The position numbers and the translations under genes were made by a program. Shown piece by piece: positions 44,333-53,587 of a DNA stretch of 64,000 nt. Positions within the stretch are counted from its first letter, which is position 1. Every line of letters begins with the position of its first letter. The notes beneath the pieces are model-generated. The model ran no database searches and had not been told where the DNA came from. It saw only the letters and a list, made by a program, of their open reading frames with translations. This DNA is from an uncultured virus (IMG/VR IMGVR_UViG_3300012041_000021) (lineage: Duplodnaviria; Heunggongvirae; Uroviricota; Caudoviricetes), in the IMG/VR virus record IMGVR_UViG_3300012041_000021, one strand, 5' to 3'.

Positions 44333-44734
44333 ATGAAAAAATTATTATTATTATTGGCAGTATTATTAACTGTAGGAACAGCACAAGCACAGGAGTATAA
44401 AGCAGAATTTCACAGAGATTACGATTCAGGTATTCTTTACGAGAGTGATGATACAACAGAAGGTTGGATGGACTATGATGTTAGAGTTATCTTCAACTAT
44501 GGAGGAGTTTCCAATAAAGTCAAGATGTTTGTAGGAGATTTAGTTTCAACTTTAACTCAAACAGAAGGAACTACAGAAGGGGCTACTTCGGGAGGTATCA
44601 CTTACTTTGCTCTTCCTTTGCAGGACGATGAAACCGGAGAGGAACTTTTAATGCAAGTCTTTAAAGATGAACGTTACGGTATCAGGCTTATAGATAAGAC
44701 AGGAGTTAGTTTACAATTTTCTAATAAACAGTAG
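44333..44734 (+). CDS. Secreted/periplasmic protein
   Basis: Signal peptide MKKLLLLLAVLLTVGTAQA. Confidence 0.7.
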   Translation: MKKLLLLLAVLLTVGTAQAQEYKAEFHRDYDSGILYESDDTTEGWMDYDVRVIFNYGGVSNKVKMFVGDLVSTLTQTEGTTEGATSGGITYFALPLQDDETGEELLMQVFKDERYGIRLIDKTGVSLQFSNKQ

Positions 44735-44736
44735 CC

Positions 44737-45632
44737 ATGTCAGAAATAATTTGGGGAATTTTACAATTGATTTACTTAATCAGTTGTATAGCTTGGTATA
44801 ATTACATTGTTACTGTTTTTGGTAAAGGAGGTATTTGGGAAGGTTTATCTTCGGATAAGTGGGCGTACATTATTCTGTTTACCCCGCTAGTTAATACAAT
44901 ATTTAGTATGGTTGGGTATATTTATTACCCGCCGCGAAAAAAGTAATATAACATGGGAACAGCACTAATAACACATTTTGTTATAGAATGTATACTAGCT
45001 ATAGTAATTACATTGTACATAGTCCTCTATTGTTTTGTAGGGGATAGAAAATACAGATGGATTGATGTATATCCACTTCTTATTATAATGGGTTTATTTA
45101 TTGTAAACTCTTGTTATATATCACATTTATTAAATAATCATTAGTATGGAAAAAGAAGAATTTTATTGTGAAACATGTGAATCTATTTATCCTTGTTCCA
45201 CTCAAAACTTTGGTATAAAATGCAAATATGAAATTGATTTTGAAATTAATAAATATGGAAAAGAGAAATAGTATAGAAAGCTTATTTGTACCTTATAAAG
45301 AAGCTTTAGTTTTAAAAGAGTTGGGGTTTAATGAACAATGTTTAAAATCCTATGGAGATGACGAGGGATTAAATATGCACGATAGTGAAATGTACCTTTC
45401 AGCACCTCTTTACCAACAAGCTTTCATATGGTTCAGAGATAAACATAACATGTTAGGGACTGTTTATTCTAATGCAAGTGGATATTTGTGGGAAATTCAC
45501 GATGATGAAGGAGGAACACATAGACACGCTTCCGGTTTCAACGGAGATTGTGAATTATCAGGGACATACACTTCTTACGAAAAAGCAGAAGTAGCTTTAC
45601 TACAGAAATTAATTAACTTAGTTAAAAAATAA
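44737..45632 (+). other. Two small membrane proteins and a hypothetical protein paralogous to 59168-59533
   Basis: Two-TM hydrophobic ORFs at 44737 and 44953; 45228 and 59168 share V.Y..A / P......RD.H / (S/T)YE.A motifs. Confidence 0.6.
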
Positions 45633-45637
45633 AAGAC

Positions 45638-46600
45638 ATGAGCATAAGCGCAGTAATAAAATATGAAGACAATAGAGTATCAATACATACTTCAAAAGCG
45701 AAGAGTGTAAGCACTACTTTAGAAAAAGGTTTTTATACATCTTTACCCGACGGTAAAGGCGGTTTAACTATTAAAGAAGAGTTTCTTCCTGAACTACACA
45801 CACCTTATAATACAGAAGAAAATGAAACCGTTATTGAAACAGTTAAAAGCTTTTTCAAGAAAGGGATTAAAGAACGAGTAAACGCTCTAGGAGTTATTCA
45901 TAAATTAGGAATACTTTCTTTTGGTAAACAAGGTACAGGGAAGACAGCTAGAATGAATTATATAGCTTCAAAAATGATTGACGAGTGTGGAGCAATTGCT
46001 TTTTTATGTGGTACAGGAGAAGCTTTGCAAGGTGCTATCTCTTTAGCTAAAGCTATTAGAGAGATTCAAGATACTCCTATCATTTTTATAGCTGACGAGT
46101 TTGAAAAGTTTGCCGGAGATTATGAATCTGCAATGAAAAGTCTTTTAGATGGTGTAGATTCAATTGAAAATACACTGTTTTTAGGGGCTACCAATTACAT
46201 TGATTTAATTCCCGATTCATTGAAAGACCGTCCTTCTCGTTTTAAAATTGTGCAAGAGTTGAAAGGGATGGAAGATAAAAAACAAATTGAAGGTATTCTT
46301 TTGGACTTGTGTTCTAAAGTTACACCTCCTCTAATGACTTTGGAAGAGATTCAAGAAGAGATTAAAGGTCAGGATAACTATACTTTAGACGAGCTTAAAC
46401 ACATCGTACTTAGCAGAGTTACAGACAGTTACGTCAAAGTTAAAAAAACTACAACTACTCCTATAGGTTTTGGAGCGAAGAAAGAGATTTCAGAAGAAGA
46501 AGATAAAAAACTTATGAACAGAGCTATTCAGAAAATACATAATGATTGGTGGGCGGATGCACCTTCACCTCAACTGTTAGACATTAATTCTAACATTTAA
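45638..46600 (+). CDS. AAA+ ATPase
   Basis: GKQGTGKT, FIADEFE, LLDG, ATNY, DRPSRF. Confidence 0.9.
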   Translation: MSISAVIKYEDNRVSIHTSKAKSVSTTLEKGFYTSLPDGKGGLTIKEEFLPELHTPYNTEENETVIETVKSFFKKGIKERVNALGVIHKLGILSFGKQGTGKTARMNYIASKMIDECGAIAFLCGTGEALQGAISLAKAIREIQDTPIIFIADEFEKFAGDYESAMKSLLDGVDSIENTLFLGATNYIDLIPDSLKDRPSRFKIVQELKGMEDKKQIEGILLDLCSKVTPPLMTLEEIQEEIKGQDNYTLDELKHIVLSRVTDSYVKVKKTTTTPIGFGAKKEISEEEDKKLMNRAIQKIHNDWWADAPSPQLLDINSNI

Positions 46601-46610
46601 TTTAATTAGT

Positions 46611-47160
46611 TTGCACATGTCAAAACTTAATTGTATCTTTGCACTTATAAAATGGAGAAATTCTGTTTTACAACATAGATATAACGTTTAGCCTGAGAAA
46701 CTAATCATATAAAAATACTTAAGGTATCCCCTTTTAGATTTTTGGACAAATTCTCAGGCTGTCCGATTTTCTATTAGGGGTTTTTTATTTTCAGTCCATT
46801 CCACTATAGGTTTTCAACCGCGTACCTATTTAAAACTAAAAGGCGGATTAACAAGGAATGTTGAAAAATAAAAAGATAAACTAATTAAACACGTTTGATT
46901 CACACTAATCTCGCAATGTCTTAACGCTTGACAACGAGTAACTGCATTCCCTAGAGGGTAATCGAATTAAAATGACTGAAAACGAAGCTCTGTTAAGAAA
47001 TTAATAACTTCACCTACTAAGATTAGGCGCAGGAGCAGAAATGGTTTAATGGTTAAGTAAGTTTCCACTCTTACTACAAACTCCGGTTTTATTCTTTTGA
47101 GAGGATAATGCAGGAGTAATAGCGAAGCTATGTCCGGTAGCGAGAAAAAAAACAAAAATA
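46611..47160 (+). ncRNA. Structured non-coding locus B (homologue of locus A)
   Basis: Same promoter, kissing-loop architecture and GCGAAGC hairpin; no plus-strand ORF of 60 aa or more. Confidence 0.6.
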
Positions 47161-47248
47161 AATTATGAAATAATAAAGAAAATTGAAATTTTCCTTGCAC
47201 AATCCAATTATTATAATTACATTTGCCAAAGAAAAATAAAACAAGAAC

Positions 47249-47785
47249 ATGACAGAAGAACAAAAAGAATTATTTAAGAAAGACCCGCTAATCAAATTAA
47301 TCTTAGAACAAAAAGAACCTTTGGGGCACATTACTCTAGTGGGCGGAGCTGTAATTGATATCTTGGAAGGACGTATTCCAAAGGATTATGATTTAACTAA
47401 CATCGACGGTAGAGCTAAAAAGTATTTAAATTTAGAATACTCTCACGATACAAAGACAGCTACTACTTATAAGACATATATCTTTGATAAAAGAGTACAG
47501 TTAAATATTCAAGTTTTGAAAACAAGTATAGACAATTTTGACTTTTCTATTTCTGCGGCAATTTTAACTATCAATCATAATAAGGAAATGTCCCTAGCAA
47601 TAGATGAGAACGCTTTTAAGCTAAAAACTCTGATTCCTCAGAGTGCGAGTTGGGAAGATAGAAACTACGCTTTAAACTCCTTAAAAAGGATTCCACATTG
47701 GAAGAAGAAGGGGTATACTATAAAAGATGAAACTTATTTAAGTTTGTTGAATGTAATTGGAAAAAAAGATTCTAAACACAGTTAA
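47249..47785 (+). CDS. Minimal tRNA nucleotidyltransferase / poly(A) polymerase-like head domain
   Basis: LVGGAVIDILEGRIPKDYD (GG..RD/KD.D-like signature), FDFSI. Confidence 0.7.
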   Translation: MTEEQKELFKKDPLIKLILEQKEPLGHITLVGGAVIDILEGRIPKDYDLTNIDGRAKKYLNLEYSHDTKTATTYKTYIFDKRVQLNIQVLKTSIDNFDFSISAAILTINHNKEMSLAIDENAFKLKTLIPQSASWEDRNYALNSLKRIPHWKKKGYTIKDETYLSLLNVIGKKDSKHS

Positions 47786-47787
47786 AA

Positions 47788-48547
47788 ATGAGAGTACTGA
47801 TAGAAACATACAGACAGTGGGAGATATACTTCGACACTTACAAAGAAGATTTTTACACTGTATCAAATGAATGCGATAGAGACCAAACTAAACGTTCTTA
47901 CGCTTCAACAAAGAAGTTCATTGACGATTATATAAAGGAGAACGATACTTTTAGACCTTTTTATGTTCAAAGAATGTACACCGATATACTTAAGGTAATA
48001 GGAGTTAGAAAAGACGGAGCTTTTATGTATGAGGATAAGGATGGTAAGAAGAAACAATTCTCTAAATATGACGAAAGAAATTACTTCTTAGTTGATGAAG
48101 CAAACGACCATATCTTTGAAAAACTAGCCTTTTTAAACAAAAAAGCAGAGAATCTTAAAAAAGAGATTATAGAAACAGAAGACAAAGTTATTAAGGTAAC
48201 AGTAGAAGACTACCGTAAAACATTATAAGATGGCAAGAAGAGGAACAGGCGATGATTGGGGAACGAGGTTTAGTATTGTACTTATATCCCTAATATTTAT
48301 AGTAGTAGTATTAGCTTTCACAAGTTGCGAGGCTGTAATACCTGATACAAAGAAATATGAAATAGTTTTGGAGGTGCATTATCCAACTAGAATAGACACT
48401 GTTAAGATTGTAAACGAAATGAGTTACTATCCTTATTTATTCTCTAATAGAGGGAGTAACGATATAGCGGGATTCACAACAACAGCACCAATTAAAGTAA
48501 TATCAATAAAAGAAATTAAAAGCGTAGCGCATGAATCAAAAGATTAG
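47788..48547 (+). other. Hypothetical CDS and a lipoprotein (48230-48547, FTSC lipobox)
   Basis: ORF track. Confidence 0.6.
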
Positions 48548-49502
48548 GAATCTACAGTATGAGAAATTACTGTTTGTAGACATTGAAACTGTCAGAGATA
48601 TTGAAAACTTCGACGAAAATCATCCACACTACGACAATTGGGCGTGGAAACAAAGAAACAAGGAAAATAACCAACTGTTAACAACAGAAGAGAACATCGC
48701 TATTTACAACAACAAGGCGGCTTTATTAGCTGAATGGGGTAAGATTGTGTGTATTTCAGTAGGGTTCATTAAGGATGAAGAGCTACGTATTAAATCCTTT
48801 ACCGGAGAAGAGAAGGACATCTTAAAAGAGTTCAAAGACTTAGTAGTATCTACAGGTAGAATGGTAGCCGGACATAACATTATTGGTTTTGACGTACCTT
48901 TCATGCGTAAGCGTTGGGTAATTAATGGATTAGGAGAGTTTCTTTCAGAGAAACAAGGTAACGACGTATATCAAAAACCTTGGTTGTTGGACGACAGTTT
49001 ATTTGACACTATGGTGGCTTGGAAGGGTTCAGGCTTCGCTAATACCTCTTTAGAAGAGTTGTCAATGTCATTTAAAATCCCAACAAGTAAAGATGTCTGT
49101 CATGGGAATCAAGTGAGTGAGTTCTATTATTCAGGACGATTGGAAGAGATTAAAACTTATTGTGAGAAGGACGTAGCTGTAGTAGCAAATGTTTTAAGAT
49201 TTTGGAAGGGAGAGTCTATTTTAGAGCCTATTTTTATAGGGGAATCAGCAGAAACTACAGCAGAAATCAAAGCAGTGCCTATCTTAGAAAAGATTTACAA
49301 AGCTTCTTCTATTGATGCAGATACATTTAAAGAAATACAGAGTCTTTTGAAGAAAAAGAAAATGACCAAGAAGGACAGAGTGATTGTAGAAGACATGCTA
49401 GTTAAAATTTACATTAACAATGAAATGTTTAAAACTGATACTCAAATAGTTAAGGATATTAAAAAATTAGAAATTAAAAACTTATTAGATGGAGTTAAGT
49501 AA
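48531..49502 (+). CDS. 3'-5' exonuclease (PolB-like / DnaQ fold)
   Basis: FVDIET, GHNIIGFDVPF, YCEKDV (ExoI-III). Confidence 0.9.
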   Translation: MNQKIRNLQYEKLLFVDIETVRDIENFDENHPHYDNWAWKQRNKENNQLLTTEENIAIYNNKAALLAEWGKIVCISVGFIKDEELRIKSFTGEEKDILKEFKDLVVSTGRMVAGHNIIGFDVPFMRKRWVINGLGEFLSEKQGNDVYQKPWLLDDSLFDTMVAWKGSGFANTSLEELSMSFKIPTSKDVCHGNQVSEFYYSGRLEEIKTYCEKDVAVVANVLRFWKGESILEPIFIGESAETTAEIKAVPILEKIYKASSIDADTFKEIQSLLKKKKMTKKDRVIVEDMLVKIYINNEMFKTDTQIVKDIKKLEIKNLLDGVK

Positions 49503-50241
49503 AATAGATTTACCTAGAAAATACGAGTATAAGGAAGGTGAGTCAAGACAGGAATACCAAAAATATAACGGTTGGAATAAAGTTTCTTACAGTCAAATCA
49601 CCTCCTTTTTGAGTGATGATTACAAAGGCGATTATTTCGCAGGGTATTTTATGGGTATTAGAGATGGAGGGAATATTTTTAGTTATTTTGGGAGTGCGTG
49701 TGGTGATTACTTAAACAAGCAAGACCAACGTATTGACGAATACCTTTCAAAAGAAGATAAGGAAACATTAGATTCTATAGAAAGACCTGATAATGCTGTG
49801 TACGAGTATGAAATTTTAATTAATTTAGAACCATTTGGACTAGAAAAAACAGTATTACAAGGATTTTCAGATATTCAATATGAAGTAGCACATAAAGTTT
49901 TAAATGTTCACGATTATAAAACACTAAACCTTGATAAAAAGAAAGACTTTTATGAGTCTGATGACTATCAACAGTTGAACACTTATGGATATGGATTAGA
50001 GGAATTGGGCTTTTCGATTAATAAAACATCTGTTTTTGGATTAGGGCGACAAGGAAATACAACAGATACTACAGCTTATAGTAAAGTAGGAAACCCTCTG
50101 TGGTTAAGATTAAGTGGAATAGTTGAAGAAATTGACAGACCTTATAACAGGGAAGAGGCGGAGAAATATATTTATAAAATAGCAGAAACTTGTAAGAAAA
50201 TAAGCGAGTATAAGAGAGTATACGAGAAATATTTTAAATAA
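49489..50241 (+). CDS. PD-(D/E)XK nuclease
   Basis: SYSQI, LQGFSD, HDYKT, QLNTY. Confidence 0.8.
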   Translation: MELSKIDLPRKYEYKEGESRQEYQKYNGWNKVSYSQITSFLSDDYKGDYFAGYFMGIRDGGNIFSYFGSACGDYLNKQDQRIDEYLSKEDKETLDSIERPDNAVYEYEILINLEPFGLEKTVLQGFSDIQYEVAHKVLNVHDYKTLNLDKKKDFYESDDYQQLNTYGYGLEELGFSINKTSVFGLGRQGNTTDTTAYSKVGNPLWLRLSGIVEEIDRPYNREEAEKYIYKIAETCKKISEYKRVYEKYFK

Positions 50242-50928
50242 GTGGAAAAAGAAGATAGAAGGTGTTTTGTATACAGGCATAGAAGATTAGACACCAATGA
50301 AATTTTCTATATAGGAAAAGGCACAACAAGTAAAAAATTTTTAAATTCTGAATCCGATAAGAAAAAATTCGTAAGAGCGTTTTCTAAAAGAAATAGAAAT
50401 CAATGGTGGGTTAATATAAGTAAATTAGGTTATGAAATAGAGATATTAAAGACTAATCTTACTGAAGACGAATCTAATGATTTAGAAGAGTTGTTAATAA
50501 CTACTTATGGTAGAAAAGATTGTTGTGGAGGCACTTTAGTTAACTTAACTGATGGAGGGGAAGGAGCTATTGGTCGTATTATGAGTGAAGAGCAAAAACA
50601 AGAAATAGGTAAGCGCAACTCAGGGGTGAATAATAAGTGGTTTAAAATAGCCTCTGAATTACATCCTATGTACGGAAGGATAGGAGAATTAAATCCTTAT
50701 TTTGGCAAAACTCACTCGGAAGAAGTAAGAGAAAGTATGAAGAAACCTCATCTAAGTGCTAGAGGTAAAGGTCATTTTAGGTCTAAAGTGGTTTTACATT
50801 TATTAACAGGGATTTTTTACGATTGTGTAAGAGATGCAGCAGAAGCATTTGGCTTAAATTATAGCACGTTAAAGAATAATTTAAACGGAACAAATAGAGT
50901 TAATAAAACAGATTTTATAATTATTTAA
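50242..50928 (+). CDS. GIY-YIG homing endonuclease with NUMOD3-like repeats
   Basis: FVYRH...FYIGKG, LVNLTDGGEG, HPMYGR / NPYFGKTHSEE. Confidence 0.85.
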   Translation: MEKEDRRCFVYRHRRLDTNEIFYIGKGTTSKKFLNSESDKKKFVRAFSKRNRNQWWVNISKLGYEIEILKTNLTEDESNDLEELLITTYGRKDCCGGTLVNLTDGGEGAIGRIMSEEQKQEIGKRNSGVNNKWFKIASELHPMYGRIGELNPYFGKTHSEEVRESMKKPHLSARGKGHFRSKVVLHLLTGIFYDCVRDAAEAFGLNYSTLKNNLNGTNRVNKTDFIII

Positions 50929-50996
50929 AGAAATTGAAGATTTCTGTTGCACAGTTAAAAAACATTTCCTATATTTGCAGAAGAAAAATAAGAAAC

Positions 50997-51854
50997 ATGG
51001 AAAAAGAATATCAAGTTACATTTAAAGGTTTTAAAACATCAAAGCAAGCTGAAGAGTTTGCAATGTGGTACGCAGGAAGTGGAGAACAAGATGTCTGTTT
51101 ATGGTTAGAGGAACATACAGACATTACTTCTGCAAATACTAAGAGTGTTAAAATTAAAGAAAATGGAAATATTATTGTAGAAATAAATCCTTTATAAAAG
51201 AGATATGAAAAAAGTAATTTTAGGTTTATTAGTATGTTTGAGTTTAGGCTCATGTGCTAGATGGTCAAACAGAGTTGACGCAAACGGAGGAGTATTTGGG
51301 TCTTACACCGGAAATTGGATTGTCATTACTTATTCCGGCAATCACATTACAGATGTTTATAAAATGCAAGATGTGATGGTTCAATCAGAAGAGGGTAGTG
51401 ACGGTTGGTTATTTGTAACAGAAGGTAATGCGGTTCATGTAGGAGGTAATACAAAAGCTATTCGAGTTGATAATGAGGATGCTGCTAAATGGAATGAATA
51501 TGTAGAATATCATTCAGAGTTTACAGATTTAGATTACCACGCTTATAGGAAAGAGTTAGAACAGCCTGACTACGAACTTAAAAAAATTAAAAGATAAATT
51601 AAAAAGCGGAGCGCATGAAAAAATTTGTAGTAGGTTATCTAAACTTTTATGATAACGAGATTCTTCTTCTTAAAGTAGAAGCAGAGTCAAGTTATGAAGC
51701 TGTTAAGAAAGCAATGGTCGAGTTCTGTACCACAGAAGAAGGTAGGTTAGAAGAGTTAGAGTGGCAAGCTAATGAAGAGTATCCTGATAATTTTAATGAT
51801 TTGTCTGACATGCTTTATAATTCTGATACAGCGATAAATGTAATTGAGATTTAA
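50997..51854 (+). other. Three small CDSs including a lipoprotein (51205-51597, LGSC)
   Basis: Promoter TATATTTG at 50970 suggests the first ORF starts at ATG 50997. Confidence 0.6.
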
Positions 51855-51859
51855 AGCTT

Positions 51860-52425
51860 AAACTACTTACTGAAGATAAATAGTCATTTATAAACTAAAT
51901 ATGGGACAGCAGAATCCAACTGCTATTAAATGATAGTCATGCTAAGATGGTGTTATTTATTGTAAGATACTTAATTATACTCTAAAGGAATTGTAAGCTC
52001 CGAGATTGTTAAAAGCTTAGATATAATAAAAGTATTCCACTTAGAAATGGATAAGTAGTTTTTAAAAAGTAGAGCCGCCTTTCTTTAAATAGAAATAACT
52101 TCGTTAAGGCACGAGTGGGGTGCGGCTCTTTAAAATATAGGCTAAACAGCGAATCTTTGTAAAGCGAATGTGATAAGGTGGTAAGATTCAACTAGAAAGC
52201 CATTTTTGAAATTTACATAAAGATACGCCCTAAACCCTGATAGAAACTTTACAGTAATGTAAAGGATGGTACGACATGTATGAGATAAGGTTGTCTTCGC
52301 TATTGAGAAATAGCACCATCGGGAGTTCTCAGCAAGTAGAAGTAAACCTGAAAGAAATGGAAGGAGCTTAACTACGTGACCCTAATCATAGAAACTTGCT
52401 TCGGCATTCGTAATGATGGGTGCTA
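51860..52425 (+). ncRNA. Large multi-domain structured ncRNA candidate (~570 nt)
   Basis: Long-range stems plus GNRA (GTAA, GAGA) and C(UUCG)G tetraloops on the plus strand; no plus-strand ORF. Confidence 0.65.
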
Positions 52426-52453
52426 ATAGAATAATTAACCAATTTAAATTAGA

Positions 52454-53413
52454 ATGAGAAAAATTCTTATCTTATTGGCGGCATTGCCGCTTGTATTTAC
52501 TTCTTGTACGAAAGAAGAAAACCCCACAGAAAGTGGAACAACAGCTTCAGTAACGCACAGAGGATGTGCTTCACATGAAGTTCATGAACAACAATTACGA
52601 GAAAATCCTACTCTAGCTCAAAAAGAGCGAGAAATTGAAGCTTTCACTAAACATGCTATCGAAACAGGTCGTCTAGTTAACGGAAAGATTGAGATTCCGG
52701 TAGTTGTGAATGTTTTGTGGAGAACTTCAGCAGAGAACATTTCAGATGCTCAAATTCAGTCACAGATTGACGTTTTAAACAAAGACTTCAACGGTGCTAA
52801 TGCAGAGTTTAACAACATCCCTCCGGCGTTTGACGGGTTGCAAGCCAATGTAGGTATCTCCTTCGTTTTAGAGAAGGTTGTTCGTAAGCAGACAACTAAA
52901 GTATCGTGGGGAACTGCGGACGCTATGAAGAAAGACACTAAGCGGTTTGGCGGAATTGCACCAACAACACCTAGCACACACCTTAATCTTTGGGTTTGCA
53001 CAATCGGTGGTGGTATCTTAGGGTATGCTCAATTTCCGGGCGGTAGTTTAGCCACTGACGGAGTTGTTGTAGACAGTCATTATTTCGGTAATATCGGGAC
53101 TGTATCTTCTCCTTATGGCGCAGGACGTACAGCCACTCACGAAGTAGGACATTGGATGAATCTTCGTCACATTTGGGGAGACACAACTTGTGGAACGGAT
53201 TATGTAGCTGATACACCGACTCACAACGCCGCTAACTACGGTAATCCAACTTATCCTCACTATAGTACTTGTACAGGAACACCTATCGAAATGACCATGA
53301 ATTACATGGATTATACGGACGATAAAGGTATGTACATGTTCTCTAACGGTCAGAAGGACAGGATGTTATCTGTCTTTGCTCCGGGCGGAGTGAGAAATTC
53401 ATTCGCACAATAA
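52454..53413 (+). CDS. M43 (pappalysin/ulilysin) zinc metalloprotease, lipoprotein
   Basis: Lipobox FTSC, RGCA Cys-switch-like propeptide, HEVGHWMNLRHIWGD, Met-turn MNYMDY. Confidence 0.92.
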   Translation: MRKILILLAALPLVFTSCTKEENPTESGTTASVTHRGCASHEVHEQQLRENPTLAQKEREIEAFTKHAIETGRLVNGKIEIPVVVNVLWRTSAENISDAQIQSQIDVLNKDFNGANAEFNNIPPAFDGLQANVGISFVLEKVVRKQTTKVSWGTADAMKKDTKRFGGIAPTTPSTHLNLWVCTIGGGILGYAQFPGGSLATDGVVVDSHYFGNIGTVSSPYGAGRTATHEVGHWMNLRHIWGDTTCGTDYVADTPTHNAANYGNPTYPHYSTCTGTPIEMTMNYMDYTDDKGMYMFSNGQKDRMLSVFAPGGVRNSFAQ

Positions 53414-53479
53414 GTTAAATTTGTAAATACAGGCATAAGCTAATGAGAAAAAGCAACTAAGACCCTGATTTACATGGTA

Positions 53480-53569
53480 GAAGAGGAAGTTCAATTGGAG
53501 AAACAGTAGCGTTCCGAAAGAGGTCAGCTCTTGCGCTAAAGGTTGGGGGTTCGAGTCCCCCTCTCTTCG
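53480..53569 (+). tRNA. tRNA-like RNA with 17-nt hairpin insertion in the anticodon loop (identity unassignable)
   Basis: Acceptor GAAGAGG/TCTCTTC, D-arm GTTCAATTGGAGAAAC, T-arm GGGGG-TTCGAGT-CCCCC, discriminator G, no encoded CCA. Confidence 0.75.
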
Positions 53570-53587
53570 CAAAATAAATTAAATAAG

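Noticed and set aside
51860..52425. Group I intron, tmRNA or RNase P RNA
   Set aside because: Intergenic; no ordered P/Q/R/S elements, tRNA-like ends or GAGGAAAGTCC signature seen
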